From Squalus acanthias (lineage: Eukaryota): DNA of 64,000 nt. Each line of letters opens with the position of its first letter. The first letter of the stretch is position 1. Location of the stretch: contig CM059438.1 of the NCBI GenBank assembly GCA_030390025.1, forward strand, positions 58,964,001-59,028,000, written 5' to 3'. Below the pieces are notes generated by a model. That model did not search any database, had not been told where the DNA came from, and saw nothing but the letters and a program-made list of their open reading frames with translations. Shown one piece after another: positions 47,020-57,554 of the stretch. Both the position numbers and the translations under genes were made by a program.

Positions 47020-47129
47020 CTGTTTCTCTCTCCACGGATGCTGCCTGGCCTGCTGAGTGTTTCCAGCATTTTCTGTTGTTATTTCAGATTTCCAGCATCC
47101 GCAGTATTTTGCTATTGTATTAGACAATG

Positions 47130-47335
47130 TTCTATACAAGTTTAACATAACGTCTCTGCTTTTGAATTCCATTCCTCTTTATTTGCACTTTTATGGCTTT
47201 TTTAACCTGCGTTGCTACTTTTAATGATTTGTGAATCTATACCCCTTGATCCCTTTGCACCTCTACCCCATTTAGACTCTTATGTTCCAGGGAGTCGGTC
47301 ACCTCCTTATTCCTCCTACAAAAATGCACCACCTC
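47130..47335 (-). mobile_element. CR1 internal fragment
   Basis: Reverse complement resembles 35110-35310 (gaggtggtgcattttgtaggaggaataagg...). Confidence 0.7.
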
Positions 47336-47857
47336 TCAAAGCTGTCAAACGCTGACAATTCATCTGTCAACATTTTTTCGACTGATGAAGCGTCATACGC
47401 TGCCATCATCCGTCACCGGCTTTCCCTTAATTGGCCGGTAAGGGCGGGCTTAACAAGGCCAATCAAGGGAAAATAGCGTGGGTTGGTCAGACATCACGGG
47501 GGGCGGGACTAGAACCCGGAAGGCAGCAGTCCCGCCCCCAACTCGTCGCGGCTGGTAAAATCCAGGCAAGACATTGGCTAGTACAGGCCCAGGCGTTCTG
47601 ACCACTCCTGGGAGTGACTATCACTGCTGTACCCAGGAGAATATTGAAAGCAAAACCCTAACCTTGGTACAAGGACCATCCCTGGTTCTTGTATTTTTAC
47701 ATTCTTAGACGGAGAGCTAGCGACACAAAGAGGATAAGTGAAAGAGAGATGCTTTATCAATAATAAACATGTAGAGAGATACAGATAATGACCAGGAGAT
47801 GGAGCTGTCCTCCTGTAGATCACAATGTATTAGCCTTACAGTGTCAGTGATAAATTC

Positions 47858-48374
47858 AATACAATAGCAAAATACTGCGAATGCTGGAAATATGAAATAA
47901 CAACAGAAAGTGCTGGAAACACTCAGCAGGTCAGGCAGCATCGAGGAGAGAGAAACAGAGTCAACGTTTCGGGTCGAGCCCTTCGTCAGAACTGGAAAAG
48001 GTTAGGGAGGAGAGATGTTTAAGCAGGGGCAGGGAGGAGGGGAGGAAAGAACAAAGGGAAGGTCTGTGATAGGATGGAAGGCAGGAGAGATTGACTGACA
48101 AAAGGGATGATGGTGCAAGGCAAAAGGAGAGGTCATGGGACAAGGTAAGAAACAAAAGATGGCTCCAGATGATGTGTGAATGATGATGGCAGCAACATTA
48201 ACAGCTACCATGTGAGGAAACAAGAGAAAAAAATATATAAAGAAATACAGGGGCCAATTTATAGTCTGAAAAATTGGCCCCTGTATTTATTTATATATAT
48301 TTTTTTCTCTTGTTTCCTCACATGGTAGCTGTTAATGTTGCTGCCATCATCATTCACACATCATCTAGAGCCAT
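47858..48374 (-). mobile_element. Solo PLE 3' end (pLTR-like) with an inverted duplication of its 5' ~100 bp
   Basis: 47858-48270 is the reverse complement of the PLE end from ttcagactataa (last codons and stop) to gctattgtatt; 48271-48374 mirrors 48159-48260. Confidence 0.88.
47959..47993 (-). ncRNA. Minimal type I hammerhead ribozyme motif, best preserved copy
   Basis: Minus strand AGTT-CTGACGA-A-GGG ctcga CCC-GAAA-CGTT-GACT: both core boxes, stem II, and stem I with one G-U pair. Confidence 0.72.
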
Positions 48375-48839
48375 AAGCACAAGTGTCCTCAGCGATGAGT
48401 TTGCCCAGGTGGAAATAGATAGAAATTGGGTGACGGACACCACAGCCTCATTTAAATATGATTTACATACGGGGTGCAGTATTTGGGTGGGCACATCTGC
48501 CCGTTGACCTCACATCTGGCCATAAATATGGATGGGCGCTGTGAGGGATTTGGCGGCATACCTCACCAGCCTATTTTCCTCTTCCGCGCCCCTAAAACTT
48601 TCCGAAATAGGGCAGTGAAACAGGATCGCTGCTTGCCTTGTAGAGAGCTAATGGCCAGGAGGTGGCACTGTGGTGACGTTAGATCTGTGTGAGTCACCCT
48701 CCCAGTGTCAGTGCCAGTGTTGGAGGCTCTCCCGGAGCTGTCTCCACTCACACTGCTCCTGCAGCCTGTGCGTGCCTCCCAACAATCAGCCTGCTTTCCC
48801 ACACATTTATCATTCAGTACTTCCCTTCTTTTAATTCAT

Positions 48840-49060
48840 TCCTTTCTCTCCCTCTCATTCTCTCTCTCTCTCTCTCATTCTCTCATTCTCTCCCTCTCAT
48901 TCTCTCCCTCTCCTTCTCATTCTCTCTCTCTCATTCTCTCTCTTCCCCTCTCATTCTCTCACTCAATCTCTCTCTCCCTCTCATTCTCTCTCTCATTCTC
49001 TCTGTCGCTCTCTCTGTCTCTCTCTCTCTCTCTCAGTTTCTCTCTTTCTTTCTCTCTCTG
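48840..49060. repeat. (CT)n-rich polypyrimidine tract with TCATTC interruptions
   Basis: Directly visible. Confidence 0.95.
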
Positions 49061-49309
49061 TTACCTGTTTTTGGGGGAGGGGAGGCCCACAACCACCTTT
49101 TTTAACTATCTTTGTTTTTTATTCCCATCATTCATCTAATATGACATTTAATTTCCATTTACTGTTTCCCATTCCTGTCCGAATGTTGACTATTAAATAT
49201 TTATGCGAGAGGGGAGTAGTTGCTTCCTGTTCTGAAGCATGTTTGTATATGGAACAATGCTTGATGTGAGAGAGAGAAACAGCAACAATGGAAATACAGA
49301 TCAGCAGTA

Positions 49310-49698
49310 AAAAGAAAGACTTACATTTATATAGCGCCTTTCACCACCTCAGGACGTCCCAAAGTGCTTTACAGCCAATTAAGTACTTTTGAAGTGTAGT
49401 CACTGTTGTAGGAAACGGAGCAGCCAATTTGAGCACAGCAAGGTCCCACAAACAGTAATGAGGTAATGACCAGATAATCTGTTTCAATGATGTTGATTGA
49501 GGGATAAATGTTGCTCAGGACACCAGGGAGAACTCCCCTGCTCTTCTCCGAATAATGCCATGGATCTTTTACGTCCACGAGAGGATTGGTGGGCAGGGCC
49601 TGGGTTTAACGTCTCATGCGAAAGACGGCACCTCTGACAGTGCAGCACTCCCTCAGTACTGGAGTGTCAGCCTGGGTTTTGTGCTCAAGTCTCTGGAG
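49310..49698 (-). mobile_element. Deu-domain SINE, head truncated
   Basis: Reverse complement matches 32855-33230. Confidence 0.87.
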
Positions 49699-49710
49699 AG
49701 AGACACTGTG

Positions 49711-51020
49711 CTGAGGGACCCTGGGCTGGTGGGTCTTGGGTTGGGGGTCCCTGGGTTGGTGGGCCCTGGGCTGGTGGGCACTGAGTTGAGGAATCCTGGG
49801 CTGGTGGGCCCTGGGTTGGTGGGCCCTGAGTTTGGGGTCCCTGGGTTGGTGGGCCCTGGGCTGGTGGGCCCTGGGTTGGTGGACCCTGGGTTGAGGGACC
49901 CTGGGTTGGGGGTCCCTGGGTTGGGGGTCCCTGGGCTGGTGGGCACTGAGTTGAGGAACCCTGGGTTGAGGGACCCTGGGTTGGGGGTCTCTGGGTTAGT
50001 GGGCCCTGGGTTGGTGGGTCCTGGGTTGGGGGTCTCTGGGTTGGTGGGCCCTGGGTTGGTGGGTCCTGGGTTGGGGGTCTCTGGGTTGGTGGGCCCTGGG
50101 CTGGTGGGCCCTGGGTTGAGGGACCCTGGGTTGGGGGTCCCTGGGCTGGTGGGCCCTGGGTTGGTGGGCCCTGGGTTGGTGGGCCCTGGGCTGGTGGGCC
50201 CTGGGCTGAGGGACCCTGGGTTGGGGGTCCCTGGGCTGGTGGGCCCTGGGTTGGTGGGCCCTGGGCTGGTGGGCCCTGGGTTGGTGGGTCCTGGGTTGGT
50301 GGGCCCTGGGCTGGTGGGCCCTGGGTTGGTGGGCCCTGGGCTGGTGGGCCCTGGGTTGGTGGGCCCTGGGTTGGTGGGTCCTGGGTTGGTGGGCCCTGGG
50401 TTGAGGGACCTGGGCTGGTGGGCCCTGGGCTGGTGGGCCCTGGGCTGAGGGACCCTGGGTTGGGGGTCCCTGGGCTGGTGGGCCCTGGGCTGGTGGGCCC
50501 TGGGCTGGTGGGCCCTGGGTTGGTGGGTCCTGGGTTGGTGGGCCCTGGGCTGGTGGGCCCTGGGTTGGTGGGCCCTGGGTTGGTGGGCCCTGGGTTGAGG
50601 GACCTGGGCTGGTGGGCACTGAGTTGGTGGGTCCTGGGTTGGTGGGTCCTGGGTTGGTGGGTCCTGGGTTGGTGGGTCCTGGGTTGGTGGGCCCTGGGAT
50701 GGTGGGCCCTGGGTTGGTGGGTCCTGGGTTGGTGGGTCCTGGGTTGGTGGGTCCTAGGTTGGTGGGCCCTGGGTTTGTGGGTCCTGGGTTGGTGGGTCCT
50801 GGGTTGGTGGGTCCTGGGTTGGTGTGCCCTGGGTTGGTGGGCCCTGGGCTGGTGGGTCCTGGGTTGGTGGGTCCTGGGTTGAGGAACCCTGGGTTGGGGG
50901 TCCCTGGGTTGGGGGTCCCTGGTTTGGTGGGTCCTGGGTTGGTGGGCCCTGGGTTGGTGGGCCCTGGGTTGAGGAACCCTGGGTTGAGGGACCTGGGCTG
51001 GTGGGCACTGGGCTGAGGGA
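49711..51020. repeat. G-rich 15-bp minisatellite (CCTGGGTTGGTGGGC and variants), ~1.3 kb
   Basis: Directly visible; ~87 units with variants ...TTGAGGGAC, ...TTGGGGGTC, ...CTGGTGGGC. Confidence 0.97.
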
Positions 51021-51329
51021 CACTGGATTGGTCGACCTCCTGCTGGTCAGACCGGAATGCTGTGGGCATTGAGAAATTCCCCAAACCATTCATGAATTAT
51101 GAATTAGTCAGAGGTGTAGAAAATAAATGACAACCCAAGATCCCCAGTCCCGTCACTGTGTCCTGGGAGAGGCAGTCTGGTTGCACGGAGGCAACATGGA
51201 CTGAGACAGGACTTTCACAGGGATCAGGCAGACTGTGCCTCACCAGGGGCAGGGGCTCAGACAGCGGAGAGTGAGGAGTAGGAGAGCACAGCCATAGCAG
51301 GAAACTGCTCCATTCCATTCCATTGAGAA

Positions 51330-53010
51330 ATTAAAACTCCACGGGAAAAGTGATCCATCCCTGGCTAACTAAAGAAGTTAAGGATAGTATTAGATTAAAA
51401 GAAGAGGCTTATAATGTTGCGAAGAATAGTAGTAAGCCTGAGGATAGGGAGAGCTTTAGAAACCAACAAAGGATAACTAAAAATTGAAAAAAGGGAGAAA
51501 ATAGAATGTGAGAGTAAACTAGCAAGAAATGTAAAAACAGATTGTAAGAGCTTCTACAAGTATGTAAAAAGGAAGAGAGTAGCAAAAGTGAGCGTTGGTC
51601 CCTTAGAGGCTGAGACAAGTGAAATTATAACGGGGGAAAAGGAAACGGCAGAGACTTTAAACAAATATTTTGTATCTGTCTTCACAGCAGAAAACACAAA
51701 AAGCATACCAAAAATAGTGGGGAACCAAGGGGCTAATGAGAGCGAGGAACTTAAAGTAATTAAGATCAGTAGAGAAAAAGTACTTGAGAAACTAATGGGA
51801 CTAAAAGCCGACAAATCCCCTGAACCTGATGGCCTATATCCTAGGGTTCTAAAAGAGGTGGCTGCAGAGATAGTGGATGCATTGGTTGTGATCTTCCAAA
51901 ATTCCCTAGATTCTAGAATAGTCCCAACGGATTAGAAGGTAGCAAATGTAACCCCACTATTCAAGAAAGGAGGGAGAGAGAAAACAGGGAACTACAGACC
52001 AGTTAGCCTGACATCAGTCGTCAGGAAAATGCTGGAATCCATTATTAAGGAAGTGGTAACAGGGCACTTAGAAAATCATAACATGATTAGGCAGAGTCAC
52101 CATGGTTTTATGAAAGGGAAATCGTGTTTAACAAATTTATTAGTGTTTTTTGAAGATGTAACTAGCAGGGTAGATAAAGGCGAATGAGGGGATATAGTAT
52201 CTTTGGATTTCCAAAAGGGATTCGATAAGGAAGAATAGAAAAACAGAATATTTTTTAAATAGTGAGAAACTATTAAATGTTGGTGTTCAGAGAGATTTAG
52301 GTGTCCTCGTACAGGAAACACAGAAAGTTAGCATGCAGGTACAGCAAGTAATTAGGAAGGCAAAAGGCATTTTGGCCTTTATTGCAAAAGGGTTGGAGTA
52401 CAAGAGCAAGGAAGTCTTATTACAATTGTACAGGGCTTTGGTAAGACCATACCTGGAGTACTGTGCACAGTTTTGGTCTCCTTATCTGAGAAAGGACATA
52501 CTTGCCTGAGAGGCAGTGCAACGAAGGTTCACTAGATTGATTCCTGGGATGAGAGGGCTGTCTTATGAGGAGAGATTGAGTAGATTGGGCTTATACTCTC
52601 TGGAGGTTAGAAGAATGAGAGGTGATCTCATTCGAACATATAAGAGTCTGAGGGGGATTTACAAGATAGATGCTGAGAGGTTGTTTCCCTTGGCTGGAGT
52701 GTCTAGAACTAGGGGGCATAGTCTCAGGATAAGGGGTCGGCCATTTAAGACCGAGATGAGGAGGAATTTCTTCACTCAGAGGGTTGTGAATCTTTGGTAT
52801 TCTCTGTCCCAGAGGGCTGTGGAGGCTCAGTCGTTGAGTATATTCAAGTCTGAGATCGATAGATTTTTGGACTCTAGGGGAATCAAGGGGTATGGCGATA
52901 GTGCGTGGTAGTGGAGTTGAGGTCGATGATCAGCCATGATCTTATTGAATGGCGGAGCAGGCTCGAGGGCCGTATGGCCGACTCCTGCTCCTAATTCTTA
53001 TGTTCTTACG
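51330..53010 (+). mobile_element. CR1 LINE with an internal deletion of the RT core
   Basis: ETLNKYFVSVFT, KSPEPDGLYPRVLKE, NYRPVSL and LDFQKGFDK, then a jump at ~52230 directly to the post-RT region; ORF 52516-52911; tail ttcttatgttctta. Confidence 0.92.
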
Positions 53011-53149
53011 TAGATCTCTGCCACTCACTGACTCACTTGGCGTGTGGATCACTGTCTCCACATGACGTAGAGTGTCTGATGCCCACCAAGGTGTGGTTCT
53101 ACGCTCAAATACCACGTCACACAAAGGGTCGTGCAAATCTGGATCTCTC

Positions 53150-53350
53150 TCAAAAGAGGCTGTGGATGCTGGGGTCAATTGGAGCTTTCAAGACTGAGAT
53201 TGATAGATTTTTATTCGATAAAGGGCATCAAGGGATATGGAACCAAGGTGGGTAGATGGAGCTGAGATACAGATCAGCCATGATCTCATTGAATGGCGGA
53301 GCAGGCCGGAGGGGCCGAATGGCCTCCTCCTCTTGCTATGCTCCTATCTA
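53150..53350 (+). mobile_element. CR1 3' end fragment
   Basis: Similar to 52810-53000 (gatcagccatgatctcattgaatggcggagcagg). Confidence 0.8.
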
Positions 53351-53739
53351 ACAGCAAGAGATGCTCCAAATCTGTACATTGAGGCGGAACAAAAGCATGT
53401 TGTTTGCATTGAATGTTCCTCCCCTTTGTATGCACTTTGACTATAAATAGAGCTTTGACCTTTTTAAAGGTTCATGACAGTCAGCTTGATGGAGTGGTGT
53501 AGCGGGCGGTGTTTACCGTGCATTAGAAATATTATTAAATCTTGTGGTTATGTTGTTTAGTTATTTATGCCAATTACAGAAGGCTTCAGTTCTGTTATTG
53601 CACATGACCTATTAAAGTGATCTATGAGTAATTGTTTATGGGATACATGTAATACTCATAACATTGGAAAGGCCATGTGCAAAGTGACATAAAGGTCAGT
53701 GAAATCACCTCGTGCCCCTGTTAGGCTGCAAACCCACTC

Positions 53740-55150
53740 CCAGTGCCGGTGTTCCAGGGGTGCCAGCCTGCCCAGTGGAGGTGTTCCCGTGGTGCCAGCC
53801 CAGTGCCAGTGTTCCCATGGTGCCTGTCCAGTGGCAGTGTTCCCATGGTGCCTGTCCAGTGCCAGTGTTCCCGTGGTGCCTGTCCAGTGCCAGTGTTCCC
53901 GTGGTGCCAGCCCAGTGCCAGTGTTCCCATGGTGCCTGTCCCAGTGGCAGGTGTTCCCGTGGTGCCTGTCCAGTGCCAGTGTTCCCGTGGTACCTGTCCA
54001 GTGCCAGTGTTCCCGTGGTGCCAGCCCAGTGAAGGTGTTCCCATGGTGCCTGCCCAGTGGAGGTGTTCCCGTGGTGCCTGTCCAGTGCCAGTGTTCCCGT
54101 GGTGCCTGCCCAGTGGCGGTGTTCCCATGGTGCCTGTCCAGTGCCAGTGTTCCCGTGGTGCCAGCCCAGTGGCAGTGTTCCCATGGTGCCTGTCCAGTGC
54201 CAGTGTTCCCGTGGTGCCAGCCCAGTGCCAGTGTTCCCGTGGTGCCTGTCCAGTGCCAGTGTTCCCGTGGTGCCAGCCCAGTGCAGGTGTTCCCATGGTG
54301 CCAGCCCAGTGGCAGTGTTCCCGTGGTGCCTGTCCAGTGCCAGTGTTCCCGTGGTGCCAGCCCAGTGAAGGTGTTCCCATGGTGCCTGTCCAGTGCCAGT
54401 GTTCCCATGGTGCCAGCCCAGTGCCAGTGTTCCCGTGGTGCCTGCCCAGTGCAGTGTTCCTGTGGTGCCTGCCCAGTGCCAGTGTTCCCGTGGTGCCTGT
54501 CCAGTGCCAGTGTTCCCGTGGTGCCTGTCCAGTGCCAGTGTTCCCGTGGTGCCAGCCCAGTGCAGTGTTCCCATGGTGCCTACCCAGTGCAGTGTTCCCG
54601 TGGTGCCTGTCCAGTGCCAGTGTTCCTGTGGTGCCTGTCCAGTGCAGTGTTCCCGTGGTGCCTGTCCAGTGCCAGTGTTCCCATGGTGCCAGCCCAGTGC
54701 CAGTGTTCCCGTGGTGCCTGCCAGTGCCAGTGTTCCCGTGGTGCCTGCCCAGTGCCAGTGTTCCCGTGGTGCCTGTCCAGTGAAGGTGTTCCCATGGTGC
54801 CTACCCAGTGGAGGTGTTCCCGTGGTGCCTGTCCAGTGCCAGTGTTCCCGTGGTGCCAGCCCAGTGGCGGTGTTCCCATGGTGCCTGTCCCAGTGGAGGT
54901 GTTCCCATGGTGCCTGTCCAGTGCCAGTGTTCCCGTGGTGCCAGCCCAGTGCCAGTGTTCCCGTGGTGCCAGCCCAGTGGCAGTGTTCCCGTGGTGCCAG
55001 CCCAGTGGCAGGTGTTCCCGTGGTGCCAGCCCAGTGCCAGTGTTCCCGTGGTGCCTGTCCAGTGGCGGTGTTCCCGTGGTGCCAGCCCAGTGGCGGTGTT
55101 CCCGTGGTGCCAGCCCAGTGGCGGTGTTCCCGTGGTGCCTGTCCAGTGCG
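53740..55150. repeat. 28-bp minisatellite (CAGTGCCAGTGTTCCCGTGGTGCCTGTC and variants), ~50 units
   Basis: Directly visible; variants CCAGC/CCTGT, CCAT/CCGT, GGAGG/GAAGG. Confidence 0.97.
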
Positions 55151-55449
55151 TGCCTTGGCTGGGAGAAGGCCCTCAAAGCCCATTGTTGGTGAAAGAGCAC
55201 TGCTGGTCTGGACAGACCGGCTGAGACATGAGTCCAAGATGCACCTGGTGAAATTTCCTCTTCACGTAGGCTCATTGGCTCCAATGTCATTGGTGCCAGG
55301 TGGTTCACTGAGCTCATTGAGGACTGCAGGACCGTGGGCTTGCCATTCTACAGGGAGTCTCTGAGAAGTGATCTTATAGTGGTCTATAAGGTAGAAGGCC
55401 AATGGAAAAAATTCATTAAATTACAAGAGTAGAACAAGGAGACACTGAT

Positions 55450-55880
55450 TCATAGGAACAGGAGGAGGCCATTCAGCCCCTCGATCCTGTTCTACCATTC
55501 AATTAGATGGTGGCTGATCTGTACTTCAACTCCATTTACCCGCCTTTAATCCATCTCCATTAATAACCTTACCCAACAAAAATCTATCGATCTCAGTCTT
55601 GAAAGCTCCAACTGTCCCCCTTTTGGGGGAGAGAGTTCCACATTTCCTCGACCCTTTATGTAAAAAGGTGCCTCCTAACACCACCCCTGAACGGCCTGGC
55701 TCTAATTTTAAGATTATGCCCCCATGTTCTTGATTCCCCCATCAGAGGAAATAGTTTCTCTGTATCTATTCTATCGAATCCTTTCAACATTTTAAACACC
55801 TCAATTGGATCACCCCTCAATCTCCTCTACTCAAGGGAACACAGGCCAAGTTTATGCAACCTGTCCTCACAATTTAACTT
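55450..55880 (-). mobile_element. CR1 3' fragment
   Basis: Begins cataggaacaggaggaggccattcagccc (CR1 tail, reverse strand) and continues into CR1 C-terminal coding sequence. Confidence 0.8.
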
Positions 55881-56212
55881 GCTGAGCCCCAGTTCAAACT
55901 TTAGAACTGATATCAGGAAGTTGTCCTTCACACACAGAGTGATCAACACTTGGATTGGACTCCCAGATAGAGTGGTGGAGGTGAAAACCCAGGAATCATT
56001 GCGGAAACAATTGGATGCAGCAATGGGGGGGAGTGTAGGGTCTCTCTCTGAATGGAGGAGTTAAGATGGGCCGAATGGCCTGCCTCCTCTGTAACCATCT
56101 TGTGAATCCCACCACTCTGAAGTTGCAGTGAAATGTCACGTTGCTGGTGGTTGATGTGGTGAAGGTGACGAGCTGATTAGTTCCTTCCAACGATGCACGT
56201 GTAATTTGCTTT

Positions 56213-57220
56213 ACATAGAATTTACAGCTCAGAAACAGGCCATTCGGCAAAACTGATATATTACAACAACAACAACAATTTGCATTTATATAACATCTTT
56301 AACACAGTAAAACGTCCCAGGGTGCTTCACAAGAGCATCGTCAATCAAAGTTTGACGCCGAGCCACAGAAGGAGATATCAGGACAGATGACCAAAAGCCT
56401 GGTCAAAGAGGCCGGTTTTAAGGAGCACCTTAAAGAAGGCGAGAGAGGTAGAGAGAGGCGGAGAGGTTTAGGGAGGGAATTCCAGAGCTCAGGGCCTAGA
56501 CAACTGAATGCACGGCCGCCAATGGTGGAGCGCTTAAAATCGGGGATGTGCAAGATGCCGGAATTGGGGGAGCGCAGATATCTCGGAGGGTTGTAGGGCT
56601 GGAGGAGGTCACAGAGCTAGGGAGGGCGAGGCCATGGAGGGATTTGGAAACAAGGGTGAGAATTTTAAAATTGAGGCATTGCCGGACCAGAAGCCCATGT
56701 CGGTCAGTGAGCACAGGGGTGATGGGTGAACGGGACTTAAGATCTTAGGAACTCAACTGCGCGTTAAGGTAGGGGCAGCAGATTTTTGGATGAACACAAG
56801 TCTAAGTAGGGTGTTTATATGACAAGTTTATGCTCCACACCAGCCTCCTCGCACACATCTTCATCTAACCCTATCTGCATAACCTTCTATTCCGTTCTCC
56901 CTCATGTGTTTATCTAGCTTCCCCTTAAATGCATCAATGCTATTCGCCTCAACTATTCCCTGTGGTAGTGAGTTCCACATTCTCAGCACTCTCTGGGTAA
57001 AGGAGTTTCTCCTGAATTCCTTATTGGATTTATTACTGACTATCTTATAGTTATGGCCCCTAGTTCTGGTCTCCCCCACAAGTGGAAACATCTTCTCTAC
57101 GTCTACCTTATCGAACCCTTTCATAATCTTACCTCTCAGCCTTCTCTTTTCTAGAAAAGAGCCCCTGCCTGTTCAGTCTTTCCTGATAACCTCTCAGTTC
57201 TGGTAAATCTTTTTTGCAGC
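56213..57220 (-). mobile_element. CR1 3' fragment split by L2 (pieces 56213-56255 and 56826-57220)
   Basis: ORF 56861-57124 (TRGH...FTQRVLRMWNSLP); the two tail halves rejoin to match the unsplit tail at ~39495-39570. Confidence 0.8.
56263..56810 (-). mobile_element. L2 3' fragment with (TTG)n tail, nested in a CR1 tail
   Basis: (caa)n at 56264-56278; GGRAFSCLGPELWNSLP motif; similar to 29253-29540. Confidence 0.88.
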
Positions 57221-57554
57221 CACTTGCATATCTCTGCACAGCTGATTGGCTTTATGTTATCAGTCTCCAGTAATCGGCTGCAATGCCTCGTTGGATTAAA
57301 CTTAACGGTGGTTGTGACCTTTCCAGCCTGTGGTGGAGGAGGGCATGGATCGAACTGAACAATGGGAAAAAACTCATTACCGTGCCCCTTTCATCATTGC
57401 TGGACCCCCATTTCATAGAGGTATTCGACGGCAGGCACCCGGCATACCAGAACTCCAGGAATTTCTATCTTAAAATGAAGCTTCAACTCATTTCAGGCAG
57501 AAAGTTCTACTGCTACTGGTCCCACCGACCACAAAATACAGCAGGACACGGACT

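Larger units (their letters stand above)
44161..47121 (+). mobile_element. Near full-length Penelope-like retroelement (RT + GIY-YIG endonuclease; Neptune-like)
   Basis: N-terminal HISFLSxCL...LIPRGF; KGLSF; LPKIHK, GRPIVS, MDVQSLYTSIP, GVAMG, RYIDD, LPFLD; Cys linker CKRRRCNTC; NLVYCIRC..C..YIGET; GLN end; 3' UTR ending gctattgtatt. Confidence 0.96.

Noticed and set aside
49555..51093. Collagen- or elastin-like GPGLV and PGPTN ORFs
   Set aside because: Translations of the 15-bp minisatellite; they start inside a SINE and shift frame mid-array.
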